From positions 377 to 64,376 of the forward strand of contig JAWWBR010000004.1 in assembly GCA_033720855.1 (NCBI GenBank): a stretch of 64,000 nt of DNA, in the 5' to 3' direction. Below the pieces are notes generated by a model. It had not been told where the DNA came from. It worked only from the letters and a program-made list of their open reading frames with translations, and did no database searches. The DNA comes from Alphaproteobacteria bacterium (GTDB lineage: Bacteria > Pseudomonadota > Alphaproteobacteria > SMXQ01). Of the stretch, positions 11,836 to 21,676 are shown one piece after another. The translations under genes were made by a program, and so were the position numbers. The number at the start of each line of letters is the position of its first letter. Position 1 is the first letter of the stretch.

Positions 11836-12537
11836 TTACTGGCGCGAGCGCGCCCAATTTGCGTCGATATGGGCCTTGGCGCTCTCCGCATCGACGAATG
11901 TGTCATCGCCGACGCGATACCCGTCGCCGATTCGCTTGATCTCGTAGCCGCGGTAGCGTTCGACCTCGCCCCCGGACGGCTCTTTCGAGCCATCCGGACC
12001 CCTGGCCTGGCCCTTCAGCGTCAGGATCAGCGCCTGCGCCTCCAGCGCCCGCTCCACGGCCTTGAAGCCCACCTTCTTCAGGAAGCGCCCGCCATGGGCG
12101 CGCCAGTCGCGTTTTTCCTGAAAGATGATGCTGCCGCTCCCGTCGTCGGCGATGTCGACCTCGAGCGAACCGATATCGAACGGGGCGAAGGAATCGACGG
12201 TGGAGCGGAACAGGCCGTTGAGGATGATGAGACGCTGATTGGTTATGACGTAGGTGGTCCGCCGGGCGCGGATATACTCCCTGACCGGCGCGCTCATGAA
12301 ATAGAGACCGAGCAGCGCGAAGGGGATGCCGATCGCCACCATGGCCATGTCGCCGGACTCGAGCGCGCCGTATTCGAGGTAAACGACCAGCGCGATCAGC
12401 AGCACGCCGTTGACGAATGTCTGCGCGCCTTCCTTGAGCGCGTACGCCCTGGGGATCGGCTTTGCGATCCACAACGGCTTTTCGCGGCTGCGCATCTGCT
12501 TACTGACGTCGATGGGAATAAACGATACCGAGCTCAT
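11836..12537 (-). CDS. membrane protein with bacterial PH (YdbS/bPH_2-like) domain, uncharacterised
   Basis: 233 aa; two predicted TM helices then TTYVITNQRLIILNG motif typical of bPH domains; overlapping plus-strand ORF 11737-12561 is Arg-rich junk. Confidence 0.5.
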   Translation of the reverse strand: MSSVSFIPIDVSKQMRSREKPLWIAKPIPRAYALKEGAQTFVNGVLLIALVVYLEYGALESGDMAMVAIGIPFALLGLYFMSAPVREYIRARRTTYVITNQRLIILNGLFRSTVDSFAPFDIGSLEVDIADDGSGSIIFQEKRDWRAHGGRFLKKVGFKAVERALEAQALILTLKGQARGPDGSKEPSGGEVERYRGYEIKRIGDGYRVGDDTFVDAESAKAHIDANWARSRQ

Positions 12538-12705
12538 GGGCGACCGAGACCACGATATTGAGCACCTAGGCGGACATTAGACACCGGCGCGCGCGCCTTC
12601 GAAAGGGGCTTATGGCAGGCGCCGGCCGGCGCTCGGTAGAACCTGCGGGGCCGCGGCCCTGAAACGGGCGGTGAGGCTTTTCATGCCCCGAAGGCGGGGC
12701 GACCG

Positions 12706-13116
12706 TCAGCGGGATTTGAGAATGGCGGTACGGATCGCTTGGTCGAGTTCGCCGGCCTTGATCGCCCGGATCACGGTGCGGTAGACCGCCGGCAGCCGTT
12801 TCAGGGAACCAACCTCGATGGCGCCGCCGCGGCCGGCCATGTTCAGCGGTACCTTGTTGTAACGAATTTCCGTGAACACCGTGCCGTCGGGCTCGGTCTT
12901 CCACCAGATCCGGGGGCGGACATTGACGACACGATGGCCGCGTTTCCTCTTGAGCTGCAGAGGGCGATCACGAAGCGCCAGCTCGGCCAGCTCGATCTGC
13001 TCCTCGACATGGGCGATCAGTTTGTTGCGCCGATACTCATCGGTCTCCACGCGACGCCTGGGACGCGCCGCGGCAATCACCCGTTTCGAGATCTTAAGCT
13101 TATCCAAATGCGCCAT
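12706..13116 (-). CDS. hypothetical protein (basic, ~137 aa)
   Basis: ORF 12706-13209; start at MAHLDKLKISKR after GGAGAGGG RBS; no family recognised. Confidence 0.45.
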   Translation of the reverse strand: MAHLDKLKISKRVIAAARPRRRVETDEYRRNKLIAHVEEQIELAELALRDRPLQLKRKRGHRVVNVRPRIWWKTEPDGTVFTEIRYNKVPLNMAGRGGAIEVGSLKRLPAVYRTVIRAIKAGELDQAIRTAILKSR

Positions 13117-13354
13117 CTTGCCCTCTCCAAAACACTCTGGGCCTTCGGTAGTTTCGGGTCCCGGCCCGCAGTCGTTTTTCCTCCGACTTCTGACCCCCAA
13201 CGCTGCCATAGGCCGTTAGAACACCTCGTCGCTTCCCGCCGGTCGAAACATTTCCATGCCGCATCTCCTATAGCACAGCCGTGCTCACGCGTCCGGCGCA
13301 CCGCCCCCCCTTGGAAGCGCCACATCGGTGGTACGCCGGTTACGGCCCGCCGGT

Positions 13355-14500
13355 TCACCGGAAGCGCAGGTTCTCGCGCGAGAGCTGGGCGATCGAACCG
13401 CAGCCCATCAGCCGCATGTCGCGCTCCAGTTCCTCGCGCATGAGATCGAGCGCCCGCTCGACACCGGCCTGCCCGGCGGCGGCCAGTGGGAAGAGATAAT
13501 AGCGTCCGACCCCGACCGCCTTGGCGCCCAGGGACAGCGCCTTAAGCACGTGGGTGCCCCGCTGCACCCCGCCATCCATCATCACGTCGATGCGATCGCC
13601 GACGGCATCGACGATTTCCGCCAGCTGATCGAAGGGCGCGCGCGAGCCGTCCAGCTGACGGCCGCCGTGGTTGGAGACGACGATCGCGGTACAGCCGATC
13701 TCGGCGGCGCGTTTGGCATCATCCGCCGACATCACCCCCTTGAGGCAAAATTGCCCGCCCCAGAAGCGGACCATCTCGGCAACGTCGTCCCAGTCGAGCT
13801 CGGGATCCAGCATTTCCGTGAAATAGCGGCCGATCGACAATGCGCCTTCGCTCATATCTACATGGGCATCGAGCTGGGGCAGAGAGAAGGGTTCATGGGC
13901 GAAATAGTTGAGCGCCCAGGCCGGCTTGACGGCGAAATGCAGCGCGCCCCCGGGCGTCAGCCGGAAGGGAATGGTGAACCCGGTGCGCAGGTCGCGTTCA
14001 CGATTGCCGCCGGTGACGCTGTCGACCGTCAACATCATGGCATCGATGCCTGCGGACTTGGCGCGCTCCAGCATGGCCAGATTGAGTCTACGATCCTTGT
14101 GGAAATAGAACTGGTAGACCTGTGGCGAATCATAGGCCTTTCGCAGCTCCTCCAGGCTCACGGTGCCGAGCGACGAGACCCCGAAGAGAGTCCCGAAACG
14201 CGCCGCCGCGGCGGCGACGGCGCGTTCGCCGCGATGATGGAAGAGGCGCTGCAGCGCGGTTGGCGAGCAATAGACCGGCAGCGCCAGCCTTTGTCCCATT
14301 ACCGTAACGGAGAGGTCGATGGTGCCGACGCCGCGAAGCACGTTGGGCACCAGGTCGCAGCGCTCGAAAGCTTCCGTATTGCGGCGATGGGTGACTTCGT
14401 CGTCGGCGGCACCGTCGATGTAATCGAAGATCGGCCGCGGCAGCCGCCGCTCGGCCAGCCGCCGGAAGTCATGGAAGTTATGGCACTGGGCGAGGCGCAT
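13355..14500 (-). CDS. FMN-dependent alpha-hydroxy acid dehydrogenase (L-lactate dehydrogenase/glycolate oxidase family)
   Basis: 381 aa; N-terminal RRLPRPIFDYIDGAADDEVT and VVSNHGGRQLD active-site region typical of LldD/LOX family. Confidence 0.85.
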   Translation of the reverse strand: MRLAQCHNFHDFRRLAERRLPRPIFDYIDGAADDEVTHRRNTEAFERCDLVPNVLRGVGTIDLSVTVMGQRLALPVYCSPTALQRLFHHRGERAVAAAAARFGTLFGVSSLGTVSLEELRKAYDSPQVYQFYFHKDRRLNLAMLERAKSAGIDAMMLTVDSVTGGNRERDLRTGFTIPFRLTPGGALHFAVKPAWALNYFAHEPFSLPQLDAHVDMSEGALSIGRYFTEMLDPELDWDDVAEMVRFWGGQFCLKGVMSADDAKRAAEIGCTAIVVSNHGGRQLDGSRAPFDQLAEIVDAVGDRIDVMMDGGVQRGTHVLKALSLGAKAVGVGRYYLFPLAAAGQAGVERALDLMREELERDMRLMGCGSIAQLSRENLRFR

Positions 14501-14710
14501 GATCCGGCGCGCACTCCATGGGTTGGTGACGACGCCCGCTTCCCTCGCCGCTGCTCAGCCCGATCGGCGATTTTGCAGCGGGGCGATGGGCGACTCTCTC
14601 GCCCCGGCGCGGCAGTGAAGGTTCCCGAACCCGATCTCCGCTATGCGCCGGCGGCAGGGGGAAAGTCGATGCCCGCGCATCGGCGCCACACACGGGATCG
14701 GGGCCGTCCG

Positions 14711-15721
14711 TCATATCCATTTGAGGCGCCGGAACAGGAACATCTGCAAGATACCGAAGGCCCCCAGCGCACCCACCACCCACCAGAACGCCAGCGGCGT
14801 ATCCTTGGACCCCGGCATGCCGTCCACGTTGATCCCGAGCAACCCGGTGATAAAGCTCAGGGGCAGCAGGATGGCGGCAACCACGGTCAGCACGTACATG
14901 GTGCGGTTCATGTCCTCCGACAGGCTATTGCGCAGCTCGTCCTGGATCACCGCGCCGCGGTCGCGGATGGAATCCAGGTCTTCCAGGTAGCGGGTCACGT
15001 GATCCGACGCCTCGCGCAGAAGCACCCGGTGGCGGGAGCTCAACCACGAAAACTCTTCGAGCTGGAGGCGCGTGAGCGCTTCCCGCTGGGGCGCCAAATA
15101 TCGCCGGAGCGCAATGGCCTGACGGCGCACGCGGCCGAGATCCAGACGAAATTTGCTCTTCGTCGTAAACAGGGCCGTATTATCGCTATCGCCGTCCAGA
15201 ATCAGGGATTCCAGGTCGTCCATCAAATCGTTGAGATCCGTCAGGGTCGGGACCATGCGGTCGACGAGGCGATCGGAAAGAAAGCTGAGCAGGTCTCCCG
15301 GCCCTCTGGGACCATTGCCCCTGGCAATCCGCTCGCGGGCGTCGTTGACCGCCATGATCCGGCGGTGGCGGGTGGTCACCGCCCGCTCCGGCCCGATCCA
15401 GGCCCTGAGCGACACCATGTCCTCGGGGTTGGAATTGGGATTGAGGTTGACGCCGCGAAGGGTGAGCAGAAGGCAATCCTCATAGGCCACGGCGCGCGGC
15501 CTCGTGTCGTCGGCGATAAGGGTCTCCGCAACCTCGGGCTCGGGAACGTTGCTCTCGATCCATCGCACGGCCTCGTCGACGTTGCGATCGAGATGAACCC
15601 AGAGGAATCCGTCTTCCGGCTTCCAATCGCCGATTTGTTGCATCTCGATCTCCCGACCCCCACCCTTGCCATCGAGGATGTAGGCGCAGATCAATGCAGG
15701 TTCCGGGTTCGATTCACTCAT
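14711..15721 (-). CDS. CorA-family divalent cation transporter (ZntB-like)
   Basis: 336 aa; two C-terminal TM helices with GINVDGMPG loop resembling ZntB GVNxGGIPG; AGAGGAGAG RBS. Confidence 0.8.
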   Translation of the reverse strand: MSESNPEPALICAYILDGKGGGREIEMQQIGDWKPEDGFLWVHLDRNVDEAVRWIESNVPEPEVAETLIADDTRPRAVAYEDCLLLTLRGVNLNPNSNPEDMVSLRAWIGPERAVTTRHRRIMAVNDARERIARGNGPRGPGDLLSFLSDRLVDRMVPTLTDLNDLMDDLESLILDGDSDNTALFTTKSKFRLDLGRVRRQAIALRRYLAPQREALTRLQLEEFSWLSSRHRVLLREASDHVTRYLEDLDSIRDRGAVIQDELRNSLSEDMNRTMYVLTVVAAILLPLSFITGLLGINVDGMPGSKDTPLAFWWVVGALGAFGILQMFLFRRLKWI

Positions 15722-15902
15722 CGCTTCTCTCCTCTTTCAGCCTTCGGCCGCCCGAAGCGGATAAGGGCCCGTTCCGGCAAAGATATCCAAGAGCCCACGC
15801 GGAGCGCCAGAAAAACTCGCTTCCTCTTTTCTTTTGCCCCGTACCCAGGCCAGGGCATAGAGTGACCGCATGTGCACGACTTGAGAAAAGGCAGGACTAC
15901 CA

Positions 15903-17216
15903 GTGGCCGATTCATTCTCTCGCGAAACTCTCGAAAAGCTGATTTCCGATCTCGCCCGGTGGGTCTCCGGCGAGGTTCTGGTCTGGGGAACCTTCTATCA
16001 ACTGCTGGCTGTTCTCATCGCGCTCGCCCTGGCATCGGCCATCATCCCGCTCCTGCGAAACGGACTTTCGCGCCTCAGCAGCTGGTTTGATGGAAAGGAC
16101 ACCACCGCCAGGGTCTTGGTTGAGATCCAAAGCCATGCGCTTCTGATCGTTTGGCTCATCATCCTGTGGATATTTCAAATTCTGGCCGAGGGCACCGCTT
16201 GGGGCGGCGACCTCATCGGAATCGCCGTCAGTCTGTTGGCGGCGTGGGTGATCATCCAGCTTCTATCCCTGGTGATCAAAAACCGCGGCGGTGCCCGCCT
16301 CGCGGCCCTGGCCATCTGGTCTGTCGCGGCGCTCAACATCCTCGATCTATTGGCGCCGACCGTCGAACTGCTCGATGCGGCGGCGGTCAATCTCGGCGGG
16401 TTCCGTCTGTCCCTGATCGTCGTGATCAAGGGATTGATCCTGTTTGCGGTGCTGCTTTGGGGTGCGCTGGTTGTGGCCCGTGTCGTCGAGCACCGCCTGG
16501 TGGCGTCCGAGGTGTTGAGTCCGTCGTTGCGGGTACTGACCAACCAATTGACCAAGATCACCCTGGTGGTGATCGCCGTCGTCATCGCGCTGGCCTCCGT
16601 CGGCATCGACCTGACCGCCTTCGCGGTGTTTACCGGGGCCCTGGGGGTCGGCGTCGGCTTTGGCCTGCAGAAAGTCGTCGCCAACCTGATCAGCGGCATC
16701 CTTTTGCTGCTCGACCGCTCGATCAAACCCGGCGACGTCATTGCCGTGAGCGGCACCTATGGCTGGGTCAACTTCATGGGCGCGCGCTATCTCTCTCTGA
16801 TCACACGTGACGGCACCGAGCACCTGATCCCCAACGAGAGTCTGATCACCAACCCGGTGGAGAACTGGTCCTATTCCAACGAACTGTTGCGCCTCAAGGT
16901 GCCCTTGGGCATCTCCTACAAGTCGGATCTGCACAAGGCCATCGCCTTGGTGAGGGAAGCGGCCTCGGAGGTCGAACGAGTCCTACCCGAGCCCAATACA
17001 GTCTGCCTGGTCAAAGGATTCGGGGATTCCTCGGTGGATCTGGAAGCGCGGTTCTGGATCAATGACCCGCGCAATGGAGTCGGCAACGTCAAGAGCCAGG
17101 TTCTGTTGCGGATCTGGGATAAGTTCCATGAGAACGATATCGAGATCCCCTTCCCGCAACGCGACCTGCACCTCAAGTCGGGCTTCGACGATACGATGCT
17201 CGGCGACAAGAATTGA
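15903..17216 (+). CDS. mechanosensitive ion channel (MscS) family protein
   Basis: 437 aa; multiple N-terminal TM helices, conserved MscS beta-domain ...DRSIKPGDVIAVSGTYGWVNFMGARYLSLITRDGTEHLIPNESL...; GTG start. Confidence 0.85.
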   Translation: MADSFSRETLEKLISDLARWVSGEVLVWGTFYQLLAVLIALALASAIIPLLRNGLSRLSSWFDGKDTTARVLVEIQSHALLIVWLIILWIFQILAEGTAWGGDLIGIAVSLLAAWVIIQLLSLVIKNRGGARLAALAIWSVAALNILDLLAPTVELLDAAAVNLGGFRLSLIVVIKGLILFAVLLWGALVVARVVEHRLVASEVLSPSLRVLTNQLTKITLVVIAVVIALASVGIDLTAFAVFTGALGVGVGFGLQKVVANLISGILLLLDRSIKPGDVIAVSGTYGWVNFMGARYLSLITRDGTEHLIPNESLITNPVENWSYSNELLRLKVPLGISYKSDLHKAIALVREAASEVERVLPEPNTVCLVKGFGDSSVDLEARFWINDPRNGVGNVKSQVLLRIWDKFHENDIEIPFPQRDLHLKSGFDDTMLGDKN

Positions 17217-17305
17217 ATGCCGAGCGGGCGGCGGCCATTACCCCGATGGCGGCGGAACGCAGCGCCACGGCCCAACCGATGCCGGGTCTCTGACGGATAC
17301 CGCGC

Positions 17306-19192
17306 TCAACCGAGCGCCGAGATCAGGGATCGCCTGGAGGCGCGGCGTTGGGCGGCCAGCCTGAAAGGTGCGTTCGGCGCGCCGAAGCCGGCATAGCCGC
17401 CCACCCGCTCGACGAATTCGAAGAAGATGCCGTTGTCGATGGCGGTACCGTAAAGCTGGAAAAAGCGTCCGCCCTCGTCCTCGTCGTAAAGGATGTTGTA
17501 TTCGCGGATCTTTTCCAGAAGCTCGGGGGCGAGGTCGAAACGCGCAAGCACGTCGTCGTAGTAGTTTTGGGTCTGCGGCAGAACGTCGAATTTCTGCCGC
17601 CGCAAGGTCTCGGCCAGGGCGAAGATATCGTCCGTGCGAAAGGCGATGTGCTGGACCGCCGCGCCGCGAATCTCCGAGATGAAGCGGTTGGCCCCGGTTC
17701 CGGGTGCGTCGCTGCCGTTGAGCGTCATGTGCATTTGCCCGTCCGCGGCGGTAATCACCTGGCTCTTGATCAGCCCCTCGGGGTCGACGACATCAACCAG
17801 GGGCGACTTCACGGTATCGAAGATCGTCGTGTAGAACAGCGCCCAACTCAACATCTCGTCATAGCCCATGGTCTGGGCGACGTGATCGATCCGAACGAGG
17901 CCAGGCCGGTCATCGGCGGCCTGGCCGGTGGCCACGAAATCCTTGTCCCAGATATCGCTGGCGGCGTCGAGCAGGCGGATGACGCTGTGCCCGACGCCCC
18001 TGATGGAGGGAATCTTGGCCTCGCCCTCGGCGACGGCCTGAACGAAATCCTCGGCACCCAAGGCGAGCGCGCGGGCGTGCGCGGCCCGGGCGTCGTCGAC
18101 CACGAAGGCGATATCGGTGACGGTGGTGCCGTGTTCGGCGACGGCCGCGGCGGCATATCCGGCCGGCTCCGTATCCACCAGCAGGTTGAGCCCGCCTTGC
18201 TGCCAGCGCGTCACCGCCTTCGATTTGTGCTGTCCGGTGCACGCGAATCCCAACTGACGAACGAGGGTCTCGAAATGGGCCTTCTCTTCGGCACTGGTGG
18301 CAAACTCGATAAAGCCGATATCGCCGATCTTCGCCTTGGCCGGCAGATGCGGCAGGTCACCCGCGGCATCCCCGGCCTCGTCCCGCACCGCATCCATGAG
18401 ATTGATCAAGGAGCGATGGCCATCCTTGGCGACCATACCGGCATTGCCGCGGCGGAACTGATCGTTGAAGATTTCCAGGCTGATCGGGCCCTGGTAATTG
18501 GTCGCCATGACCGCGGCCATGAACCCCTTGAGATCGAGATCCCCCTCGCCCGGCATGTTGCGGAAATGGCGCGACCAGAACAGCAGGTCCATTTCGATCA
18601 GGGGCGCATCGGCAAGCTGCACGAAGAAGATCTTGTCCCCGGGGATCCGCCGGATGCTGTCGGGCTCGATGCCGCGCGCGAGCGTATGGAAGCTATCGAG
18701 AATCAGGCCGACATGGTCATGGTCGGCCCGCCGCACCACCTCCCAGGCATCGCGATGGTCATGGATCTGACGGCCCCAGGCGAGCGCCTCGTAGCCGACG
18801 CGAACGCCGAATTTCCGGGCCGTCTCGCCCAGTTGGGCGAAGTCCTCGGCACAGCGGTCGATGCCGCCGCGGGCTTCGGGATGCACCGACGAGCACACCA
18901 GCATCAGCTCGGTGCCCAACTGGTTCATCAGCTCGAACTTGCGCTCGGCCCGCAGGAAAGACCGCTGCCGCAATGGGCCGTCGGGCAAGCCCTCGAAGTC
19001 GCGGAAGGGCTGAAACAGCATAATCTCCAGCCCATGATCGGCGACCATTCGGCTGACCTCGGGTGGGCTCAGATCGAAGCTGATGAAATCCTGCTCGAAG
19101 ATCTCGATGCCGTCGAAACCGGCCTCGGCGATGGCCCTGAGCTTCTCGGCGAAATCCCCTGATATGGAAACCGTGGCGATCGAGGTTTTCAC
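17306..19192 (-). CDS. 3-dehydroshikimate dehydratase-like fusion (xylose-isomerase-like TIM barrel + 4-hydroxyphenylpyruvate dioxygenase-like domain), QuiC-type
   Basis: 628 aa; N-terminal sugar-phosphate isomerase/epimerase TIM barrel, C-terminal VOC/HPPD-like domain; architecture of QuiC/QsuB. Confidence 0.75.
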   Translation of the reverse strand: MKTSIATVSISGDFAEKLRAIAEAGFDGIEIFEQDFISFDLSPPEVSRMVADHGLEIMLFQPFRDFEGLPDGPLRQRSFLRAERKFELMNQLGTELMLVCSSVHPEARGGIDRCAEDFAQLGETARKFGVRVGYEALAWGRQIHDHRDAWEVVRRADHDHVGLILDSFHTLARGIEPDSIRRIPGDKIFFVQLADAPLIEMDLLFWSRHFRNMPGEGDLDLKGFMAAVMATNYQGPISLEIFNDQFRRGNAGMVAKDGHRSLINLMDAVRDEAGDAAGDLPHLPAKAKIGDIGFIEFATSAEEKAHFETLVRQLGFACTGQHKSKAVTRWQQGGLNLLVDTEPAGYAAAAVAEHGTTVTDIAFVVDDARAAHARALALGAEDFVQAVAEGEAKIPSIRGVGHSVIRLLDAASDIWDKDFVATGQAADDRPGLVRIDHVAQTMGYDEMLSWALFYTTIFDTVKSPLVDVVDPEGLIKSQVITAADGQMHMTLNGSDAPGTGANRFISEIRGAAVQHIAFRTDDIFALAETLRRQKFDVLPQTQNYYDDVLARFDLAPELLEKIREYNILYDEDEGGRFFQLYGTAIDNGIFFEFVERVGGYAGFGAPNAPFRLAAQRRASRRSLISALG

Positions 19193-19450
19193 GTGACAGG
19201 CCTCTCCGTGGGACGCGCTGAGCCAAATGGAGCCCTGACAACCTCACCTGATCCCGATGGAAATTGTCAAGCGCTGTTCTCGATATTTGGGGGGCCCGGC
19301 GTCCAGGGTCAACCGCTACGCGCAGATCGGCGGCAATGCTCGTGCCTGCGCGCCGCCCCCATCGAACCATGCGCCGCGCGCTGGCGGCTTTTCCCTGTCG
19401 CGGCGGCTCCGTATAGTCGGATGAGAAACGAAACAGGAGGAACGCAAGCG

Positions 19451-20296
19451 ATGGCAACAGCAGCCCTACCCGATATCGATCTCGACGGCCGGGTCGTCAT
19501 CATGACCGGCGCCGACCGCGGGCTCGGCCGGGCCATGAGCCTGGGGCTCGCGGAAAAAGGCGCGCGCCTGGTGCTGGCCTCGCCAATGGTGAGCGGCCTC
19601 AAGTCGGTGGCCGACGAAATCGCCGACATCGCGGGCCCGGGACGGGCGCTGGTGGCGGAGACCGACATCACCGATCCGGCCTCTTGCGAGAACTGCCTCA
19701 GGGCCGCGGTCGGCGCCTTCGGATCGCTCGACGTGCTGGTCAACAACGCCCGCCGCCTCAGGCGCGACGCCGGCAGGCCGGAGACCGCGGAACACCGGGT
19801 GTTCTGGGAATCGGACCCGGAGATCTACCGCCAGACGGTGGAGGTCAATGTGACGGGCACCTTCTTCATGTCGCGGACGGTGGCGCCCTATTTCGTGGAA
19901 ATGGGCTACGGCAAGATCATCAACCTGACGACATCGGTGCGCAATTTTTACGGCGAACGCCAGAGCCCCTACGGCGTGACCAAGGCCGCCATCGACTCCT
20001 CGACCTATATCTGGGCGCGCGATCTCAGGGACCGGGGCGTCACCGTCAATGCCCTGCTGCCGGGCGGGGCCTGCGACACCGGCGACCCCAACCGTCCCCC
20101 CGCGCCAGGGCGCAAACTGTTGCCCGTCGACATCATGAACCCGGTCCTGGTGTGGCTGTGCTCCGCCCGCTCCGACGGCGCGACCGGCTGGCGCTACAAC
20201 GGCTCGCTTTGGGACGCCGGCCTCGACCCCGATGCTGCCGCCGCGGGCTGCCGGGAGCAACCCTCGATCAGGGGCGCCGACGGCATCGCCGACTAG
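19451..20296 (+). CDS. SDR family oxidoreductase
   Basis: ORF 19193-20296; start at MATAALPDIDLDGRVVIMTGADRGLGRA after AGGAGG; SDR cofactor motif and NNA motif. Confidence 0.8.
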   Translation: MATAALPDIDLDGRVVIMTGADRGLGRAMSLGLAEKGARLVLASPMVSGLKSVADEIADIAGPGRALVAETDITDPASCENCLRAAVGAFGSLDVLVNNARRLRRDAGRPETAEHRVFWESDPEIYRQTVEVNVTGTFFMSRTVAPYFVEMGYGKIINLTTSVRNFYGERQSPYGVTKAAIDSSTYIWARDLRDRGVTVNALLPGGACDTGDPNRPPAPGRKLLPVDIMNPVLVWLCSARSDGATGWRYNGSLWDAGLDPDAAAAGCREQPSIRGADGIAD

Positions 20297-20356
20297 GCGG
20301 CGCCGGCCAACCCGCAACCGCTCGCCGGCTGTCACCATGACGCATGGCTTCGGCGC

Positions 20357-20725
20357 CTACCTCTCGGGGCAGGGCCAGGCTTCCGAAAGCGCCAGGGCAA
20401 CGAGATAGGCGCCCGGGTGATGGCGCCATTGGGGATGGCGTTCCAGGTAGCCGACGATGCGCTCGCCCGCCTGCTCGAGCTTGACGCCGTCGGGCACGCA
20501 GGATTTCTGGCCCAAGAAGTCGAGCCCCCTCTCTCTATGGGCGGCCATGGCATCGAGAATGGCTGCGGCGTAGCCGGAACAGATTCCGCTGTCCTCGACA
20601 TTGCCGCCGCTCGTGCACATCAGGTGCAGATCATTGCCGTCATAGAACTCCGCCCTGGTGGGGCCGGACAGGGCAACGCAAGCGGCAAGACAAAGGGCGA
20701 CAAAAATCCCCGTTCGGCAGTTCAT
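20357..20725 (-). CDS. small periplasmic Cys-containing protein, Rap1a/Tai4-like (putative T6SS-immunity family)
   Basis: ORF 20357-20749; start at MNCRTGIFVALCLAACVALSG (signal peptide); pattern C..GY..A..D...C.P.GV..Q....V.YL..HP...H..A..LV..AL..AWPC resembles Rap1a/Tai4 family. Confidence 0.45.
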   Translation of the reverse strand: MNCRTGIFVALCLAACVALSGPTRAEFYDGNDLHLMCTSGGNVEDSGICSGYAAAILDAMAAHRERGLDFLGQKSCVPDGVKLEQAGERIVGYLERHPQWRHHPGAYLVALALSEAWPCPER

Positions 20726-20908
20726 CGCACCCTCCCTTTGCCGGGCCATGATCGCGGAGGCTCAGGGCGAAGCCTATCACGGCCGGCCCTGGCGCGGATA
20801 CGCCACGGCTCGAAACGGGGGCCATGGCAACCGGTGGGACCTTCATCCATCGGCCCCGCATCCCCGATCCGCCGATATTTGGCGCCGGCCACATAAGTCT
20901 TTGAAAAA

Positions 20909-20986
20909 TGGGGCGAGTGATGGGATTCGAACCCACGACTTCCAGATCCACAATCTGGCGCTCTAACCGACTGAGCTACACTCGCC
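20909..20986 (-). tRNA. tRNA-His (anticodon GTG)
   Basis: Reverse complement GGCGAGTGTAGCTCAGTCGGTTAGAGCGCCAGATTGTGGATCTGG..GTGGGTTCGAATCCCATCACTCGCCCCA: extra 5' G(-1), anticodon loop TTGTGGA, T-loop TTCGAATCC, encoded CCA. Confidence 0.9.
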
Positions 20987-20999
20987 ACAGGGATATGCT

Positions 21000-21028
21000 C
21001 TAGTAGTGAATTGGTGCTATGGCGTCAA
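21000..21028 (-). promoter_or_regulatory. candidate sigma-70-type promoter for tRNA-His
   Basis: On minus strand TTGACG -N17- TACTAG ending ~11 nt before tRNA 5' end. Confidence 0.3.
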
Positions 21029-21089
21029 GGGCAGCGGTGGCGGCAAAGCCCCTATTTTCCACCGATCATGGCTAGGGATTGAGCGATTT

Positions 21090-21104
21090 GCCTAAATATT
21101 AGGC
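21090..21104. promoter_or_regulatory. palindrome GCCTAA-ATA-TTAGGC upstream of glnB (candidate regulator binding site)
   Basis: Perfect 6-bp inverted arms with 3-nt spacer in AT-rich context ~150 nt upstream of glnB. Confidence 0.3.
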
Positions 21105-21151
21105 AGCAGTTGCCCAAGGCCCCTGCGCCGAGGCCGCCAGACACGTGTTAA

Positions 21152-21589
<438 letters not shown>

Positions 21590-21676
21590 CCAAAGCGACG
21601 GTGCCGGCCCGAGGCCGAGCGCCTTCCCAAAGCACCATCCCCTTTACCGAGGCCAACATTAAGGAAAACTGTGACC

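Noticed and set aside
13328-15865. Very long ORFs antisense to real genes (e.g. 13328-15865, 9257-11686, 1520-2920, 48488-50008, 49780-52851, 53780-55594, 4010-5398, 5412-6515)
   Set aside because: Translations are Arg/Gly/Pro/Ala-rich low-complexity strings with no motifs. The opposite strand encodes clearly recognisable proteins (katG, RND pump, LldD and so on). This is the typical stop-codon-poor antisense frame of high-GC DNA.
20726-20908. Genomic island at tRNA-His
   Set aside because: No integrase, no recognisable direct repeat of the tRNA 3' end, and the downstream genes (SDR, QuiC-like) look like ordinary chromosomal genes. Only the small Rap1a-like gene is anomalous; it is reported as a finding instead.
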